Notes: a model not told the origin generated them from the letters alone. DNA of 63,900 nucleotides, filler included, from Lama guanicoe (GCA_013239625.1; 77 parts of 76 records of this genome joined end to end with filler, not necessarily neighbours in it), one strand, 5' to 3'; positions 25,683 to 38,820 are shown, counted from the whole stretch's first letter. A program made the numbers and translations.

Positions 25683-25998
25683 GTGCGACTGGCCTGAGGT
25701 ATCAGTAAATTCATGTACCCCAGGAACAGCCTTTCACCAGGGAGGGGTTATGAGCTGTCGTATAATCACCCCACTCTCTCCTAATAGGTGGGTTCACTGA
25801 GTGATGCATTAAAACTGGCCGCAGGTTGGCGCTCCAGTGCAGCTCGCCAGGAGAGATCTTTGCCCGCTGCCTTCCCTTCCCTGTCTCACGTCCCCACTCC
25901 CCTACCCTTGTTCCCTAGGATCCCCTCCAAAATAAAGCACTTGCTCCTGAATCTTTGTCTCAGGGTGTGCTTTTAGGAGCAACCCGAACTAAGAGACA
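25683..25998 (+). mobile_element. ERVL LTR16-like LTR, 3' part
   Basis: GGATCCCCTCCAAAATAAAGCACTTGCTCCTGAATCTTTGTCTCAGGGTGTGCTTTTAGGAGCAACCCGAACTAAGAGACA resembles the LTR16 3' end (AATAAA...CA). Confidence 0.7.
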
Positions 25999-26278
25999 AG
26001 TAGAAGGAAACCAGCAAGGTCAGGCAAAGAGAGGAATCTCCGCGGGAAGCAGCAAGCTGCAGCGGAGTCTCGGGGAGAATGGGACCGAGGGCTGCACGTG
26101 GCCAGACTCCCTGTCACATTCCCTCCGGTGGCCAGCCTCATCCTCTCAGCCCGACCTCCTCCTGGCTACAAGCATGACNNNNNNNNNNNNNNNNNNNNNN
26201 NNNNNNNNNNNNNNNNNNNNNNTTAATTAATTAANNNNNNNNNNNNNNNNNNNNNNNNNNNNNNNNNNNNNNNNNNNN

Positions 26279-26678
26279 AAGAATTCAGCAAGGTAGCAGG
26301 ATACAACATCAACATACAGAAATCAGTGGCATTTAAATACATGAAAGTAATAGTCCTTTTTAATATTGAATCCAAAAAAAAAGACTCGAATAAATCTGAC
26401 CCAGGAAGTGAAAGACTTACATGTGGAGACCTACAAAACACTGAGCAAAGAAATTAAAGAGGACTTAAATGAAACATAGCCCATGTTCAAGCATTGTAAA
26501 AATTAATATTGTGAAAATGGCCACACTGCCCAGAGCAATCTACAGATGTAAGAAGAAAAAGAACAGGAGGAATAACCCTCCCAGACTTCACACACTACTA
26601 CAGAGCCACAATCAAACCACCATGGCATTGGTACAAAAGCAGACCTACACATCAATGGAACAGGATAGAGAGCAGAGC
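26279..26678 (+). mobile_element. LINE-1 ORF2 fragment with internal deletions
   Basis: GAATTCAGCAAGGTAGCAGGATACAA...AATTAATATTGTGAAAATGGCCACACTGCCCAGAGCAATCTACAGA. Confidence 0.9.
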
Positions 26679-26778
26679 NNNNNNNNNNNNNNNNNNNNNN
26701 NNNNNNNNNNNNNNNNNNNNNNTTAATTAATTAANNNNNNNNNNNNNNNNNNNNNNNNNNNNNNNNNNNNNNNNNNNN

Positions 26779-27248
26779 TTGTAGGGAGGTTTTTTTATTG
26801 CTAATTCAATTTCATTTCTAGTGATCATTTTGTTCAAGTGGTCAGTTTCTTCTTGGGTCAGTCTTGGTGGACTGTATGTTTCCAGAAACTTGTCCATTTC
26901 CTCTAGGTTATCAATTTTGGTTCCATATAGTCTTTCATAATATTCTTGTATGACATTCTGTATTTCTATTTTATTTGTTGTAATTTCTCCATTTTCCTTT
27001 CTTGTTTTGCTGATTTGTGCTCTCTCTTTTTTCTTCTTTGTGAGACTTTGTGAGTTTGGCCAGAGGTTTGTCGATTTTATTTACTCTTTCAAGAAACCAG
27101 CTTTTGGTTTGATTGATTTTTTCTATTATTTTTTAATCTCTATTTTATTTTTTTCCTCCCTAATCTTTATTATTTCCTTCCTTCTGCTGCTTTTTGGGGT
27201 TTTGCTCTTTTTCTAGTTCTTTTAGCTGGTGGGTTAGATTGTTTATTT
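26779..27248 (-). mobile_element. LINE-1 ORF2 fragment (between EN and RT)
   Basis: Antisense GAAACTTGTCCATTTCCTCTAGG...TTCAAGAAACCAGCTTTTGG. Confidence 0.9.
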
Positions 27249-27348
27249 NNNNNNNNNNNNNNNNNNNNNNNNNNNNNNNNNNNNNNNNNNNNTTAATTAA
27301 TTAANNNNNNNNNNNNNNNNNNNNNNNNNNNNNNNNNNNNNNNNNNNN

Positions 27349-27827
27349 TGAATATAGAATTTAGAATTTAGAATGTAGAACACAGAATGTAGAATATTGA
27401 ATACGGAATGCAGAATATAGGATTTAGTATATAGAATGGAGAACAAAGAATATTGAATATAGATTACAAAATATAGAACCCAGAATTTAGAACATGGNNN
27501 NNNNNNNNNNNNNNNNNNNNNNNNNNNNNNNNNNNNNNNNNNNNNNNNNNNNNNNNNNNNNNNNNNNNNNNNNNNNNNNNNNNNNNNNNNNNNNNNNNNN
27601 NNNNNNNNNNNNNNNNNNNNNNNNNNNNNNNNNNNNNNNNNNNNNNNNNNNNNNNNNNNNNNNNNNNNNNNNNNNNNNNNNNNNNNNNNNNNNNNNNNNN
27701 NNNNNNNNNNTTAGAATATAAGGAACACAGAATTTTGAATATAGGATACAGAATATAGAACACAGAATATAGAAAATGGAAGGCAGAACTGAGGATTTAA
27801 TTTATAGAATACAGAATACTGAATATA
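27349..27827 (+). repeat. SatC
   Basis: (GAATATA)n variants. Confidence 0.93.
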
Positions 27828-28559
27828 NNNNNNNNNNNNNNNNNNNNNNNNNNNNNNNNNNNNNNNNNNNNTTAATTAATTAANNNNNNNNNNNNNNNNN
27901 NNNNNNNNNNNNNNNNNNNNNNNNNNNCACCATAGATTAGTTTTGAAACGTTGTATATTCATCGAGAACATGCTTTAAGAAGACGCATCTGCCCAGCCCA
28001 GGTCCCAGACCTGGGAGATGACTGAGGCGTCATCACTGCCTTCGGGGCTGGTGGATCAGGAGTCCCTGCTTCGGGCAAGGAGATGCTTTTCCTACTTCTC
28101 AAGGGTCCTCTCCACCCTAAGTCCTTGCATGCCATCCTTAGGGCAGAGCCCTTTGCTCTAGAGAGCACTGCTTTTGCAAAACCAGATCCGAGCATGGGAG
28201 CAGGGGTGGTGAGAGTAGGGGTGTGGAGCAGAAGAGTGAGGGAGGAAGGGGTGACCAGAGGTAAGCACGCCTTTGAGGGCTCCGGCCAGTTTCCTTCCAT
28301 TTTCTCCTGGACAGAGTTCCTCCTCCGACCCCTTGTCACTGGGGAGCGCAGGGCAAGCTGTCGGATGGTGTATTCATGCTGACGTGGCAGGCAGGTGGCT
28401 GGCAGAGACAGAGTGAGGAGGGGAGAGCGGGAGGGCTTTAGGGAACATTCAGCAGACCCNNNNNNNNNNNNNNNNNNNNNNNNNNNNNNNNNNNNNNNNN
28501 NNNTTAATTAATTAANNNNNNNNNNNNNNNNNNNNNNNNNNNNNNNNNNNNNNNNNNNN

Positions 28560-29679
28560 TGTTTCCTAGTGCCGGTTTGAAGTGCCTGCCGTTTTCACTG
28601 TAAAACACGTTTGGAGCTTGAACCTACCCATATATATTTATGGAGTGGAATTTGCTACTGAAAAGAAACTTTGTGTTCCCTTCAAGCTAGGTGAAGGACG
28701 GCTTTCACACACACTTATCTCTCAGAACTGAGCATGTGGAGAGACGTTCGTTCATCCAGNNNNNNNNNNNNNNNNNNNNNNNNNNNNNNNNNNNNNNNNN
28801 NNNNNNNNNNNNNNNNNNNNNNNNNNNNNNNNNNNNNNNNNNNNNNNNNNNNNNNNNNNNNNNNNNNNNNNNNNNNNNNNNNNNNNNNNNNNNNNNNNNN
28901 NNNNNNNNNNNNNNNNNNNNNNNNNNNNNNNNNNNNNNNNNNNNNNNNNNNNNNNNNNNNNNNNGAACTGAGCATGTGGAGAGACGTTCGTTCATCCAGC
29001 ACAAAGGGAACGGGTTGCAGGAGAAACACTTACTCTGGTTTCTCAGTCTGCTTCCTAGTGCCGGTTTGAAGTGCCTGCCGTTTTCACTGGAAACCGAGTT
29101 GGAGCTTGAACCTTCCCATACATAGGTATGGAGGGTAGTTGGCAACTGAAATGAAACTTTTGTTCCTTTCAACCTAGGTGAATTACGGCTTTCACTCACA
29201 ATTTTCTCTCAGAACTGAGCATGTGGAGAGACGTTCGTTCATCCAGCACAAAGGGAACGGGTTGCAGGAGAAACACTTTCTCTGGTTTCTTAGTCTGTTT
29301 CCTAGTGCCGGTTTGAAGTGCCTGCCATGTTCATATAAAACCGGGTTGGAACTTGTACCTCCCCATATGTATATATGGAGTGGACTTTGCATCTGAAAAG
29401 AAACTTTGTGTTCCCTTCAAGCTAGGTGAAGGACGGCTTTCACACACACTTATCTCTCAGAACTGAGCATGTGGTGAGACGTTCGTTCATCCAGCACAAA
29501 GGGAACAGGTTGCAGGAGAAACACTTACTCTGGTTTCTCAATCTGTTTCCTAGTGCCCGTTTGAAAGTAAAGTTTGAACTTGTACCTCCCAATATATATG
29601 TATGGAGTGGAGTTTGCTACTGAATAGAATCTCTGTGTTCCCTTCAAGCTAGGTGAAGGATGGCTTTCACACACACTTA
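28560..29679 (+). repeat. SatB, tandem ~248-bp units
   Basis: GAACTGAGCATGTGG at 28965, 29212, 29460 (247/248-bp spacing). Confidence 0.96.
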
Positions 29680-29859
29680 NNNNNNNNNNNNNNNNNNNNN
29701 NNNNNNNNNNNNNNNNNNNNNNNTTAATTAATTAANNNNNNNNNNNNNNNNNNNNNNNNNNNNNNNNNNNNNNNNNNNNTAGTTTCAAATTTAGATGAAG
29801 GTATCAAGAATAGTGCAAAACAAAAAAACAAACAAACAAAACCTCCTCTGAATCTGAAG

Positions 29860-30378
29860 GAGACAGAAGTTTGGCTTCCAGGAACTTCAGCCCCTGGTAT
29901 CACACCCATGGTCATGTTATGTTACTTTCATGTCAAAAGAGATTTAGCAGATGTAATTAAGATTACTAAGGGGTTGAGTTTAAGAGAAGGAGGTTATCCT
30001 AGATTACCCACACTGACCTAATGTAAATCCACTGGATTTCTTCCAAGTAGAGGGATGAAGCACAAGAGGAAATTAGATTTAAAACATGAGGAGGACCCTA
30101 AGCATCAATGCTGGCTGGCTGGAGCCACAAGTGAAGGAAATGGGGACTACAGTCCTACAACCACAAGAAACTGACGTCTGCCAGAAACCTGGAGGCACTT
30201 GGCAGTGGGTTCTTCCCCAGAACCCCCATAAAGGCATGCTGTCCTGATGATACCTTGATTTTACCCAGTGATGAGACCCTGCACAGAGAAACCAGCCACA
30301 CTGTGCCAGACTTCTGACCAACTGACTCACGCCACTAAATCTGGGGGAATCTGTCACAGCAGCCACAGCAAACTGTTA
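29860..30378 (+). mobile_element. MaLR MLT1-type LTR
   Basis: ATGTTACTTTCATGTCAAAAGAGATTTAGCAGATGTAATTAAG...CTACAACCACAAGAAACTGA...CCTTGATTTT...TGAGACCCTG...CAGCAGCCACAGCAAACT. Confidence 0.8.
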
Positions 30379-31934
30379 GGACCTTTTATCTGGATTCCCT
30401 ATTTAACATGTGATCTCATTTGCTTTATCATTCATTGTCTTTCCTATATTTGTCTGAGCCATTTGACAGTGTGTTGCAGACATGATACTCCTTTACCCTT
30501 AAATAAGAAAGGGAAAAAAAGACATTCCCTGATATAATTAGCAAATTCAGGACATTTCACACTAGTACAATCCTATTCCATACTCTATAGNNNNNNNNNN
30601 NNNNNNNNNNNNNNNNNNNNNNNNNNNNNNNNNNTTAATTAATTAANNNNNNNNNNNNNNNNNNNNNNNNNNNNNNNNNNNNNNNNNNNNAGAACCCCCT
30701 GGAAGGAGAGTGAGAATTTATACTCACGCAGGCTGGCCCTAGAGCCCCTGCTCATAACTACTAAGTCAGATCTCCTTGCTTATGTGGGTCAGTGTTTCTC
30801 AACTGTGATATGAGGGTACTGTGTCCAGTAACATATAATTTCAAAATACCTCACTGTATGGGAATCATTAGTCGCAGGCATTACAAACCACAGAGAGCTA
30901 GACATACAAAAATAACTTGTTAGGGCAAGATAACCAATAATGTTTTTAAATATTATACCTGCTGACCCTTTGCAATAAAATGTTTATTTATAATTCTGTC
31001 TGGCTACAGAATAACATCATAATCCTGCATGTGGCTGGTGGCTCCCATGTTGGACAGCACGGGCCTAGAGAATTTAAATGATTTGCCCAGCCTTGCCCAG
31101 GAAGCTCGTGGTGGGATCACAGGTATAGTCTGGGACTTTTCCTTCCTATCCAACAAGTTCCTCATGGAAGTTTAGAAGCTTCTCCTTTGGTGCCCAGCTG
31201 TCTATCCATACTTAAGACATCTTGTCCGGTGTCCCAGCCTGCTCCTAAATATCAGCCCCACTTCTGCTCTTTTTTGGGCTGGTAATACCTTCTAGCAACT
31301 TCCAGTGCATTCTTGGCATCAGTTCTTACCTGGAAGGGTAGTGGCTAGTGATGGAAATGTGTCCACATGACAAGTTTTTCATGAACATTGCAGGAGTGGT
31401 CAAGAGAAGAAAACGTCAGGAAGACCAGTGGAAGCAGGTCATTTAATATACCAAATGCGTACTTTCAATATATGTNNNNNNNNNNNNNNNNNNNNNNNNN
31501 NNNNNNNNNNNNNNNNNNNTTAATTAATTAANNNNNNNNNNNNNNNNNNNNNNNNNNNNNNNNNNNNNNNNNNNNTCAGTTGCTACTTACACTGTCCCAA
31601 ATTTACATTTCCAGCCTAGATTTAGTGGTTTTCAGCTCAAGAGAAACATACTCACTCAATCATTAAGATCATGAGTGCGACACGGGTACCTTAAACTCTA
31701 TGCCGAGTTTTTCTTCCCCACCACCCTCCTGCGCCTCCATCCTCCTTGTCCAACACCTACATCATAGCTCTTGGGCTAACTTTCACTTCTCCACATGCCT
31801 TCAGGTCTCATTTCTTCTCTCATTTCTTCAAAAGGCCATTTGTGACGACTAAAGCAAGACAGTCCCTCTGATACGGGTCCGTCTAGTTCATTTGTCTGTT
31901 CATTTATTTATTGAATAAAGAGTTACTATAGGAG

Positions 31935-32170
31935 CAGAATAACAAAATGTTTAAGAGCACAAATTCTGAAGCTAGAATGCCTGGGTTTAAATCCAGCTTG
32001 ACCTCTTAGCGGCTGCGCAAGCTTGTAGAAGTCACTCAAGTTCTCTTCACTTCCATTTCTTCATCTGTGAAATAAGAAATGTCATGATGCTTGCCTCAAG
32101 GAGATTTAGGGGGTTAATAAATGAACAGTGTCCAACACACAGTACGCGACATGTTAACATTTTTTATTGT
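31935..32170 (+). mobile_element. MIR SINE
   Basis: TTAAGAGCACAAATTCTGAAGCTAGAATGCCTGGGTTTAAATCCAGCTT...CATTTCTTCATCTGTGAAAT core. Confidence 0.75.
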
Positions 32171-32603
32171 TACTATTTGCCTGATAAAGTGTGAGGCACT
32201 CAGATGTGATAGAGGACAAAAAAGGATAGGTTCCTGCTCTTATGAAACTTTTGATCTAAAGAAAGAAAAGAGATACAGAACATATGAATAATGTTTACTG
32301 CTATAACAGAGAAGTGAAGTCTATGATGGGACTATGTGATGTGAGCAAAGGCTTTTCTGAGAAAGTGGCATTTATTCTCGAATGTGAAAGTTGAGCCGAA
32401 TTCAGTCAAGCAGAGAGAGTAGGAAGTAGTTACAAAAGAGAGGAGTCACCCAGGAGGAATTCCTTGACTTTGTCTCTCATCGCACGTGTGCAGCTTTGTT
32501 CTCNNNNNNNNNNNNNNNNNNNNNNNNNNNNNNNNNNNNNNNNNNNNTTAATTAATTAANNNNNNNNNNNNNNNNNNNNNNNNNNNNNNNNNNNNNNNNN
32601 NNN

Positions 32604-33378
32604 AACTAAAAACTTTCCCACTAAAATCCAGGGCCATCAAAGTTGTCCACTCAAACCACTCCTATTCAACAGAGTCTTGAAGTCCTAGACACAGCAATCA
32701 GGCAAGGAAAAAGAAATAAAAGGAATCCAAAATGGAAAACTAGAGGTAAAATTGTCACTATATACAGATGACATGATACTATAGATAGAAAAACCTAAAA
32801 GTGCCACACAAAACTACCAGAACTAATCAAAGAATTCAGCAAGTTAGCAGGATACAAGATTAATGTACAAAAATCAGTTGCANNNNNNNNNNNNNTTACA
32901 CTAACAATGAATCAATAGGAAAAGAAAGTAAAGAAACAGTCCCTTTTTAAACACCACCCAAAGTAATAAAATACCTAGGAATAAATCTAGCCAAGGAGGT
33001 GAAAGACTTATACATAGAGAACTAGAAAACATCGACTAAGGAAATTAAAGAAGACTTAACAAAATGGAAAGATATCCCATGCTCATGTATTGGAAGAATC
33101 AATATTGTTAAAATGGTCATTCTGCCCAAGGTAACATACAGATTTAATGAAACCTCTATTAAATTACCCAGGGCATATTTCACAGAACTAGAACAAATAA
33201 TAATAATAACATTTATATGGAATCACAAAAGACCAGAATTGCCATAGCACTGCTGAAGAAAAAGAACGAGGCAAGAGAAATAATCCTCCCAGACTTCAGA
33301 CAATACTACAGAGATACAGTCACCAAAACAGCATGGCATTGGTACAAAAATAGACCTATGGAACAATGGAACAGAATA
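32604..33378 (+). mobile_element. LINE-1 ORF2 RT and downstream region
   Basis: TATACAGATGACATGATACTATA (YxDD region)...GAATTCAGCAAGTTAGCAGGATACAAG...ATCCTCCCAGACTTCAGACAATACTACA. Confidence 0.95.
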
Positions 33379-33526
33379 NNNNNNNNNNNNNNNNNNNNNN
33401 NNNNNNNNNNNNNNNNNNNNNNTTAATTAATTAANNNNNNNNNNNNNNNNNNNNNNNNNNNNNNNNNNNNNNNNNNNNTGTAAGATGCATTTTAAAAATT
33501 CACTTATTAAAATGGATTTTAATACA

Positions 33527-34253
33527 GAGCCGTGACATCACTAAAATGGCAGCAAGCCATTCCCAACTGCGCTCCCCCTCACAAGAAGGTCTACTAACAA
33601 CTATTCATCTGCAAGACTCCATTGTGAAAATCTAAAAACACGGGGGTGAAGCAAAGCACCTCCTGCATCAAGGAATCTGCCCGGTGCAGGTCCATCACCC
33701 CATATAGTTACAAAAAAGGGCTTTTTTTTCCTGTGAAGAGAACCTTTAGGTGTCTGCAAGTCCCCAGCGTGCTAACCACTCTGGCCAGGCAGGGAAGCTC
33801 GTCTGTGTCCCTGCCCACTCCTGAGTGCGGCCTTCANNNNNNNNNNNNNNNNNNNNNNNNNNNNNNNNNNNNNNNNNNNNNNNNNNNNNNNNNNNNNNNN
33901 NNNNNNNNNNNNNNNNNNNNNNNNNNNNNNNNNNNNNNNNNNNNNNNNNNNNNNNNNNNNNNNNNNNNNNNNNNNTCAGTGCACAGTTTGAATCAGGACC
34001 CTAAGCCATGAGCCCTGCTGGCCACCCTGGGGCACATTCTGCAGCCCTGCTAGGACAGGGAAGCTAATTCATAGCTCCCTCTTCTGGTGAGGACAGTACC
34101 CAGTCTAGACCATTTAGGAAAGCCGACCAGAGAATCCACCAACTGTGGAGGCTGGCCTGCAGCCTTGCTTGGGCAATGAACTAGTCCAGGAGAGAAATGG
34201 ATGGTATATTCAAAATACTGAAACAAACAAAAATGTCAACCAGAAATACTATA
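33527..34253 (+). mobile_element. Old LINE-1 5' UTR joined to an ORF1 C-terminal piece
   Basis: GTGACATCACTAAAATGGC (YY1-type site typical of L1 5' ends); 34186-34253 CCAGGAGAGAAATGGATGGTATATTCAAAATACTG...CAACCAGAAATACTATA resembles L1 ORF1. Confidence 0.6.
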
Positions 34254-34458
34254 NNNNNNNNNNNNNNNNNNNNNNNNNNNNNNNNNNNNNNNNNNNNTTA
34301 ATTAATTAANNNNNNNNNNNNNNNNNNNNNNNNNNNNNNNNNNNNNNNNNNNNAGACCATGGGCTGTGCAGGGATTCCCATTGTATCTGTTCTATCTAAG
34401 CCAGGGTTCCTGTGAAAGGCCTGGCCCTGAAGACCCGCTCCCCTTTGCTCCCTGCCAG

Positions 34459-34695
34459 GTACATTCTGTGTGACTTCAACCTTCCAGAGGGCTCCAGCCT
34501 CCGTAGGAACATCTGCATCCACATTGCCTTCCTCCTGAAGACCCTGCTGAAGATGGAGGAGCCGGTACTGGGGCCACCTCTACCACTGGCAGAGCCCCAA
34601 CATCAACCAGGTCTGGATTCCCTGGTCCGACTCCTTTGACCTCCCAAGTCTCAACAGAAACATCCCTGACATTGAGTACGAGCAGTTCATTGCAG
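34459..34695 (+). pseudogene. Two exon-like blocks of an unidentified gene, probably a degraded copy
   Basis: Acceptor TTTGCTCCCTGCCAG|G at 34458/9, peptide [34 protein letters not shown], donor CAG|GTCTGG at 34610/11; second block CAACAG|AAAC...TTGCAG|GTGAGG 34658-34695. The gene is not recognised. Confidence 0.35.
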
Positions 34696-35545
34696 GTGAG
34701 GTGGTGATCATCTAACTGGGGCCAGATGGTCGTTGTTCTGGTTCCAATCTGAACATCAGGCCATCTTACTTTGGGCTTGTCAGTCTGCTTAGGGGNNNNN
34801 NNNNNNNNNNNNNNNNNNNNNNNNNNNNNNNNNNNNNNNTTAATTAATTAANNNNNNNNNNNNNNNNNNNNNNNNNNNNNNNNNNNNNNNNNNNNGGAGG
34901 TGGTGGTGGATGGGAGGCGAAAGGTGGCATAAAACAAGAGTAAGTGCTTTGTGAACAGCTAAGGGGTTTACTGATATAAACGCATCCTACTCACCGCCGA
35001 AGGCTTACATCTGCCTCCCTGGCTCCCTGTACCATGCCGGTCTCTCGACCTGTGACTGCTCACATGTGGGCGGCACTAATTCACTCCCGCAGTTAGAAAA
35101 AAAGCACAGACCAATGTCCTCTCAGTCCCTGGAGTGGAGGAGTTAAGTCACTTCCACTCTTGACTTGGTGCCTAATGGTACTCAATGAGGCCCCAGAACA
35201 TAGAATTTTGAGCAAAGGGAGAAAGGTGGTAATCAGTGTAAGAAACATAGCCCCCAGTTCTTCCACTGAAGGATCAGATTGCCTTTAGAGATAACATTTA
35301 TCAGGCAGTTTGAATGACATTCCCCGTACAACTTCTTTGCCAAGCAGCTGTTTTCTCTCAGAGTCAGAAAACACAGTGGATTTGGTTTCTGGATTCCATT
35401 GCTGTCCGAAAGTGGCTGGGTTGCCCTCTGCTGATTCATGGGGCCTTCCTACTCCATTGGCCTTCAGCCTCCTATACACCCCACAGGACTGTACCCGCTC
35501 AAGTTCATAATGGGAATGATACAGTCCATGAGAGAAAAGAAATGA

Positions 35546-35655
35546 ACAAAAGGATACATGCACTCCATTGTCCACAGCAACACTACTTACAATCGGCAAG
35601 ACATGGAACCAACCTAAGTGTCCATTGACAGACGACTGGATAAAGGTGATACACA
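35546..35655 (+). mobile_element. Short LINE-1 3' fragment
   Basis: ACAGCAACACTACTTACAATCGGCAAGACATGGAACCAACCTAAGTGTCCATTGACAGACGACTGGATAAAG. Confidence 0.85.
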
Positions 35656-35755
35656 NNNNNNNNNNNNNNNNNNNNNNNNNNNNNNNNNNNNNNNNNNNNT
35701 TAATTAATTAANNNNNNNNNNNNNNNNNNNNNNNNNNNNNNNNNNNNNNNNNNNN

Positions 35756-36128
35756 TTGTTTTCTATAGCTTTCATGATGCTTAAATATGTTCCCTCTATG
35801 CCCATTTTGGTGAGATTTTTTATCATACGTGGGTGTTTAATTTTATCAAATGCTTTTCCTGAATCTATTGAGATGATCATGTGGATTTGGTCCTTTCTCT
35901 TGTTGATGTGCTGCATTACACTGATTGATTTGCATTTGTTGAACCACCTCTGCGTCGCTGGCACCCCCATTGGTCATGATGTATAATCTTTTATCTGTGT
36001 TGTTGGATTCTAATTTCTACTATTTTGGTGAGGATTTTGGTGTCTGTGTTCATAAGTTATTTTGGCCTATAATCCTCTATTTTGTTAGTGTCTGCCTGGT
36101 TGTGGTATCATGGTGATTGTGGATTCAT
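35756..36128 (-). mobile_element. LINE-1 ORF2 RT fragment
   Basis: Translation [27 protein letters not shown]...KMGIEGTYL. Confidence 0.95.
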
Positions 36129-36228
36129 NNNNNNNNNNNNNNNNNNNNNNNNNNNNNNNNNNNNNNNNNNNNTTAATTAATTAANNNNNNNNNNNNNNNN
36201 NNNNNNNNNNNNNNNNNNNNNNNNNNNN

Positions 36229-37663
36229 CTGACAATGGTTCCGGAACCCTGAGCGTGGGTAGGATCCACCAACGGTCTGCAGCGCGTGAGTTCCAACGGA
36301 ATGGCTGAGCTGGTATGCCCTGAGTGTTTTCCTAATGTCTCTGTGCCAGGGAATGCTGGGGGGTTTGCAGGAAATCCCAGTCACAGAGGCTGCCCTCCCC
36401 AAGTTCAGGGAAGTTATTTTCGGAATTTCCCGTTAAGGGANNNNNNNNNNNNNNNNNNNNNNNNNNNNNNNNNNNNNNNNNNNNNNNNNNNNNNNNNNNN
36501 NNNNNNNNNNNNNNNNNNNNNNNNNNNNNNNNNNNNNNNNNNNNNNNNNNNNNNNNNNNNNNNNNNNNNNNNNNNNNNNNNNNNNNNNNNNNNNNNNNNN
36601 NNNNNNNNNNNNNNNNNNNNNNNNNNNNNNNNNNNNNNNNNNNNNNNNNNNNNNNNNNNNNNNNNNNNNNNNNNNNNNNNNNNNNNNNNNNNNNNNNNNN
36701 NNNNNNNNNNNNNNNNNNNNNNNNNNNNNNNNNNNNNNNNNNNNNNNNNNNNNCGCACTGACAATGCTTCCGGAACCCTGAGCGTGGGGAGGTTCCACCA
36801 ACGGTCGGCAGCGCGTGGGTTCCAACGGAATGCCTGAGCTGGTCTCCCCTGAGGGTTTTCCTAATGTCTCTGTGCCAGGGAATGATAGGGGGGTTTGCAG
36901 GAAATCCCAGTCACAGAGGCTACCTCCCCAAGGTCACGGAATGTATTTCTCGGACATCCCCGGACAGGGAACACCTGTGACTGAAGAGAGCTGCGTGGAG
37001 TTGTCTCTCGAGCTCCCCCACGCACTGACAATGTTTCCGGAACCCTGANNNNNNNNNNNNNNNNNNNNNNNNNNNNNNNNNNNNNNNNNNNNNNNNNNNN
37101 NNNNNNNNNNNNNNNNNNNNNNNNNNNNNNNNNNNNNNNNNNNNNNNNNNNNNNNNNNNNNNNNNNNNNNNNNNNNNNNNNNNNNNNNNNNNNNNNNNNN
37201 NNNNNNNNNNNNNNNNNNNNNNNNNNNNNNNNNNNNNNNNNNNNNNNNNNNNNNNNNNNNNNNNNNNNNNNNNNNNNNNNNNNNNNNNNNNNNNNNNNNN
37301 NNNNNNNNNNNNNNNNNNNNNNNNNNNNNNNNNNNNNNNNNNNNNNNNNNNNNNNNNNNNNNNNNNNNNNNNNNNNNNNNNNNNNNNNNNNNNNNNNNNN
37401 NNNNNNNNNNNNNNNNNNNNNNNNNNNNNNNNNNNNNNNNNNNNNNNNNNNNNNNGTCAGGGAAAGTATTTCTCGGACTTACCCAGACAGGGAACACCTG
37501 TGACTGAAGAGAGCTGCTTGGAGTTGTCTCTCGAGCTCCCCAACGCACTGACAATGGTTCCGGAACCCTGAACGTGGGTAGGATCCACCAACGGTCTGCA
37601 GCGCGTGGGTTCCTACGGAATGGCTGAGCTGGTCTGCCCTGAGTGTTTTCCTAATGTCTCTGT
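36229..37663 (-). repeat. SatA
   Basis: Reverse complement of the unit at 1-901 in all three sequenced blocks. Confidence 0.95.
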
Positions 37664-37763
37664 NNNNNNNNNNNNNNNNNNNNNNNNNNNNNNNNNNNNN
37701 NNNNNNNTTAATTAATTAANNNNNNNNNNNNNNNNNNNNNNNNNNNNNNNNNNNNNNNNNNNN

Positions 37764-38196
37764 CCACATATGAGTGATCTCATATGGTATTTTTCTTTTT
37801 CTTTCTGGCTTGTTTCACTTAGAATGACAGTCTCCATGTCCATCCATGTCTCTGCAAATGGCGTTATTTTATCCTTTTTATGGCTGAGTAGTATTCCATT
37901 GTATAAATATACCACAGCTTTTTTATCCATTCATCTGTCAATGGACATTTAGGTTGCTTCCATGTCTTGGCTACTGTAAAGGGTGTTGCTGTGAACATTG
38001 GGGCGCAGGTGTCTTTTTGAAGTAGGGTTCCCTCTGGATATATGCCCAGATTGGATCATATGGTAAGTCTATTCCTAGTCTTTTGAGGAATCTCCATACT
38101 GTTTTCCATAGTGGCTGCACCAAACTGCATTCCCACCAAGAGTGTAGGAGGGTTCCCTTTTCTCCACAGCCTCTCCAGCATTTATCATTTGTGGTG
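37764..38196 (-). mobile_element. 5'-truncated LINE-1 3' region with junction to non-L1 flank
   Basis: Translation [33 protein letters not shown] (ORF2 CCHC region). Similarity ends at ~38196. Confidence 0.93.
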
Positions 38197-38761
38197 AAGT
38201 CCAGGGGCATTTGAACACCTCCTATGGGAGAATCATCTCAAAGAAGGAAATATCCACAATTTGCCTCCAACCCCCATTCTCAATGACGCAACAGGAAAGC
38301 CATTTATAGTAGGTGCAGCCAGGTCTGTCCAGGGGGCTAAATGCAGCTGAAGAGTAATTAAGCAACATGGAATTTACCACTAGACCATGCACTTTTAGGA
38401 ATCAAGGAATTACCAGATTCAGTTCTGAAGCAGCTGTTGCCTTGTTACAAATGAATGCACACCCAACATTCCTGGGTTTGATGTAGGAATGAGAAGGCAG
38501 AAAGCAAGCTAAGCTATTCCGTGAAAATCTGAGCTGGAGGAAATCAATATTAAATTATGTTCAGGGGAGNNNNNNNNNNNNNNNNNNNNNNNNNNNNNNN
38601 NNNNNNNNNNNNNTTAATTAATTAANNNNNNNNNNNNNNNNNNNNNNNNNNNNNNNNNNNNNNNNNNNNCCACCTCTACTACTTACACAAAGGGCTCAAC
38701 ACGTGGAGAGGGATCAGCACTGGTGTGACCGGCTCCAATGTGACCACTCCCGTGCCCAGCT

Positions 38762-38820
38762 CCCCAAGGAGCAGAGCTCCCACCAAAGGAGCAGAGACCC
38801 CCAGGAGCAGAGCTCCCCCC
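38762..38820 (+). repeat. Short minisatellite, 3 x ~19-21 bp (AGGAGCAGAG core)
   Basis: CCCCAAGGAGCAGAGCTCCCACCAAAGGAGCAGAGACCCCCAGGAGCAGAGCTCCCCCC. Confidence 0.75.

Noticed and set aside
28691..29623. Repeated ORFs 'MKDGFHTHLSLRTEHVERRSFIQHKGNG' resembling a multigene family; similar repeated ORFs in SatA
   Set aside because: They start at GTG/TTG inside satellite monomers and are broken by indels between copies; no coding signature.
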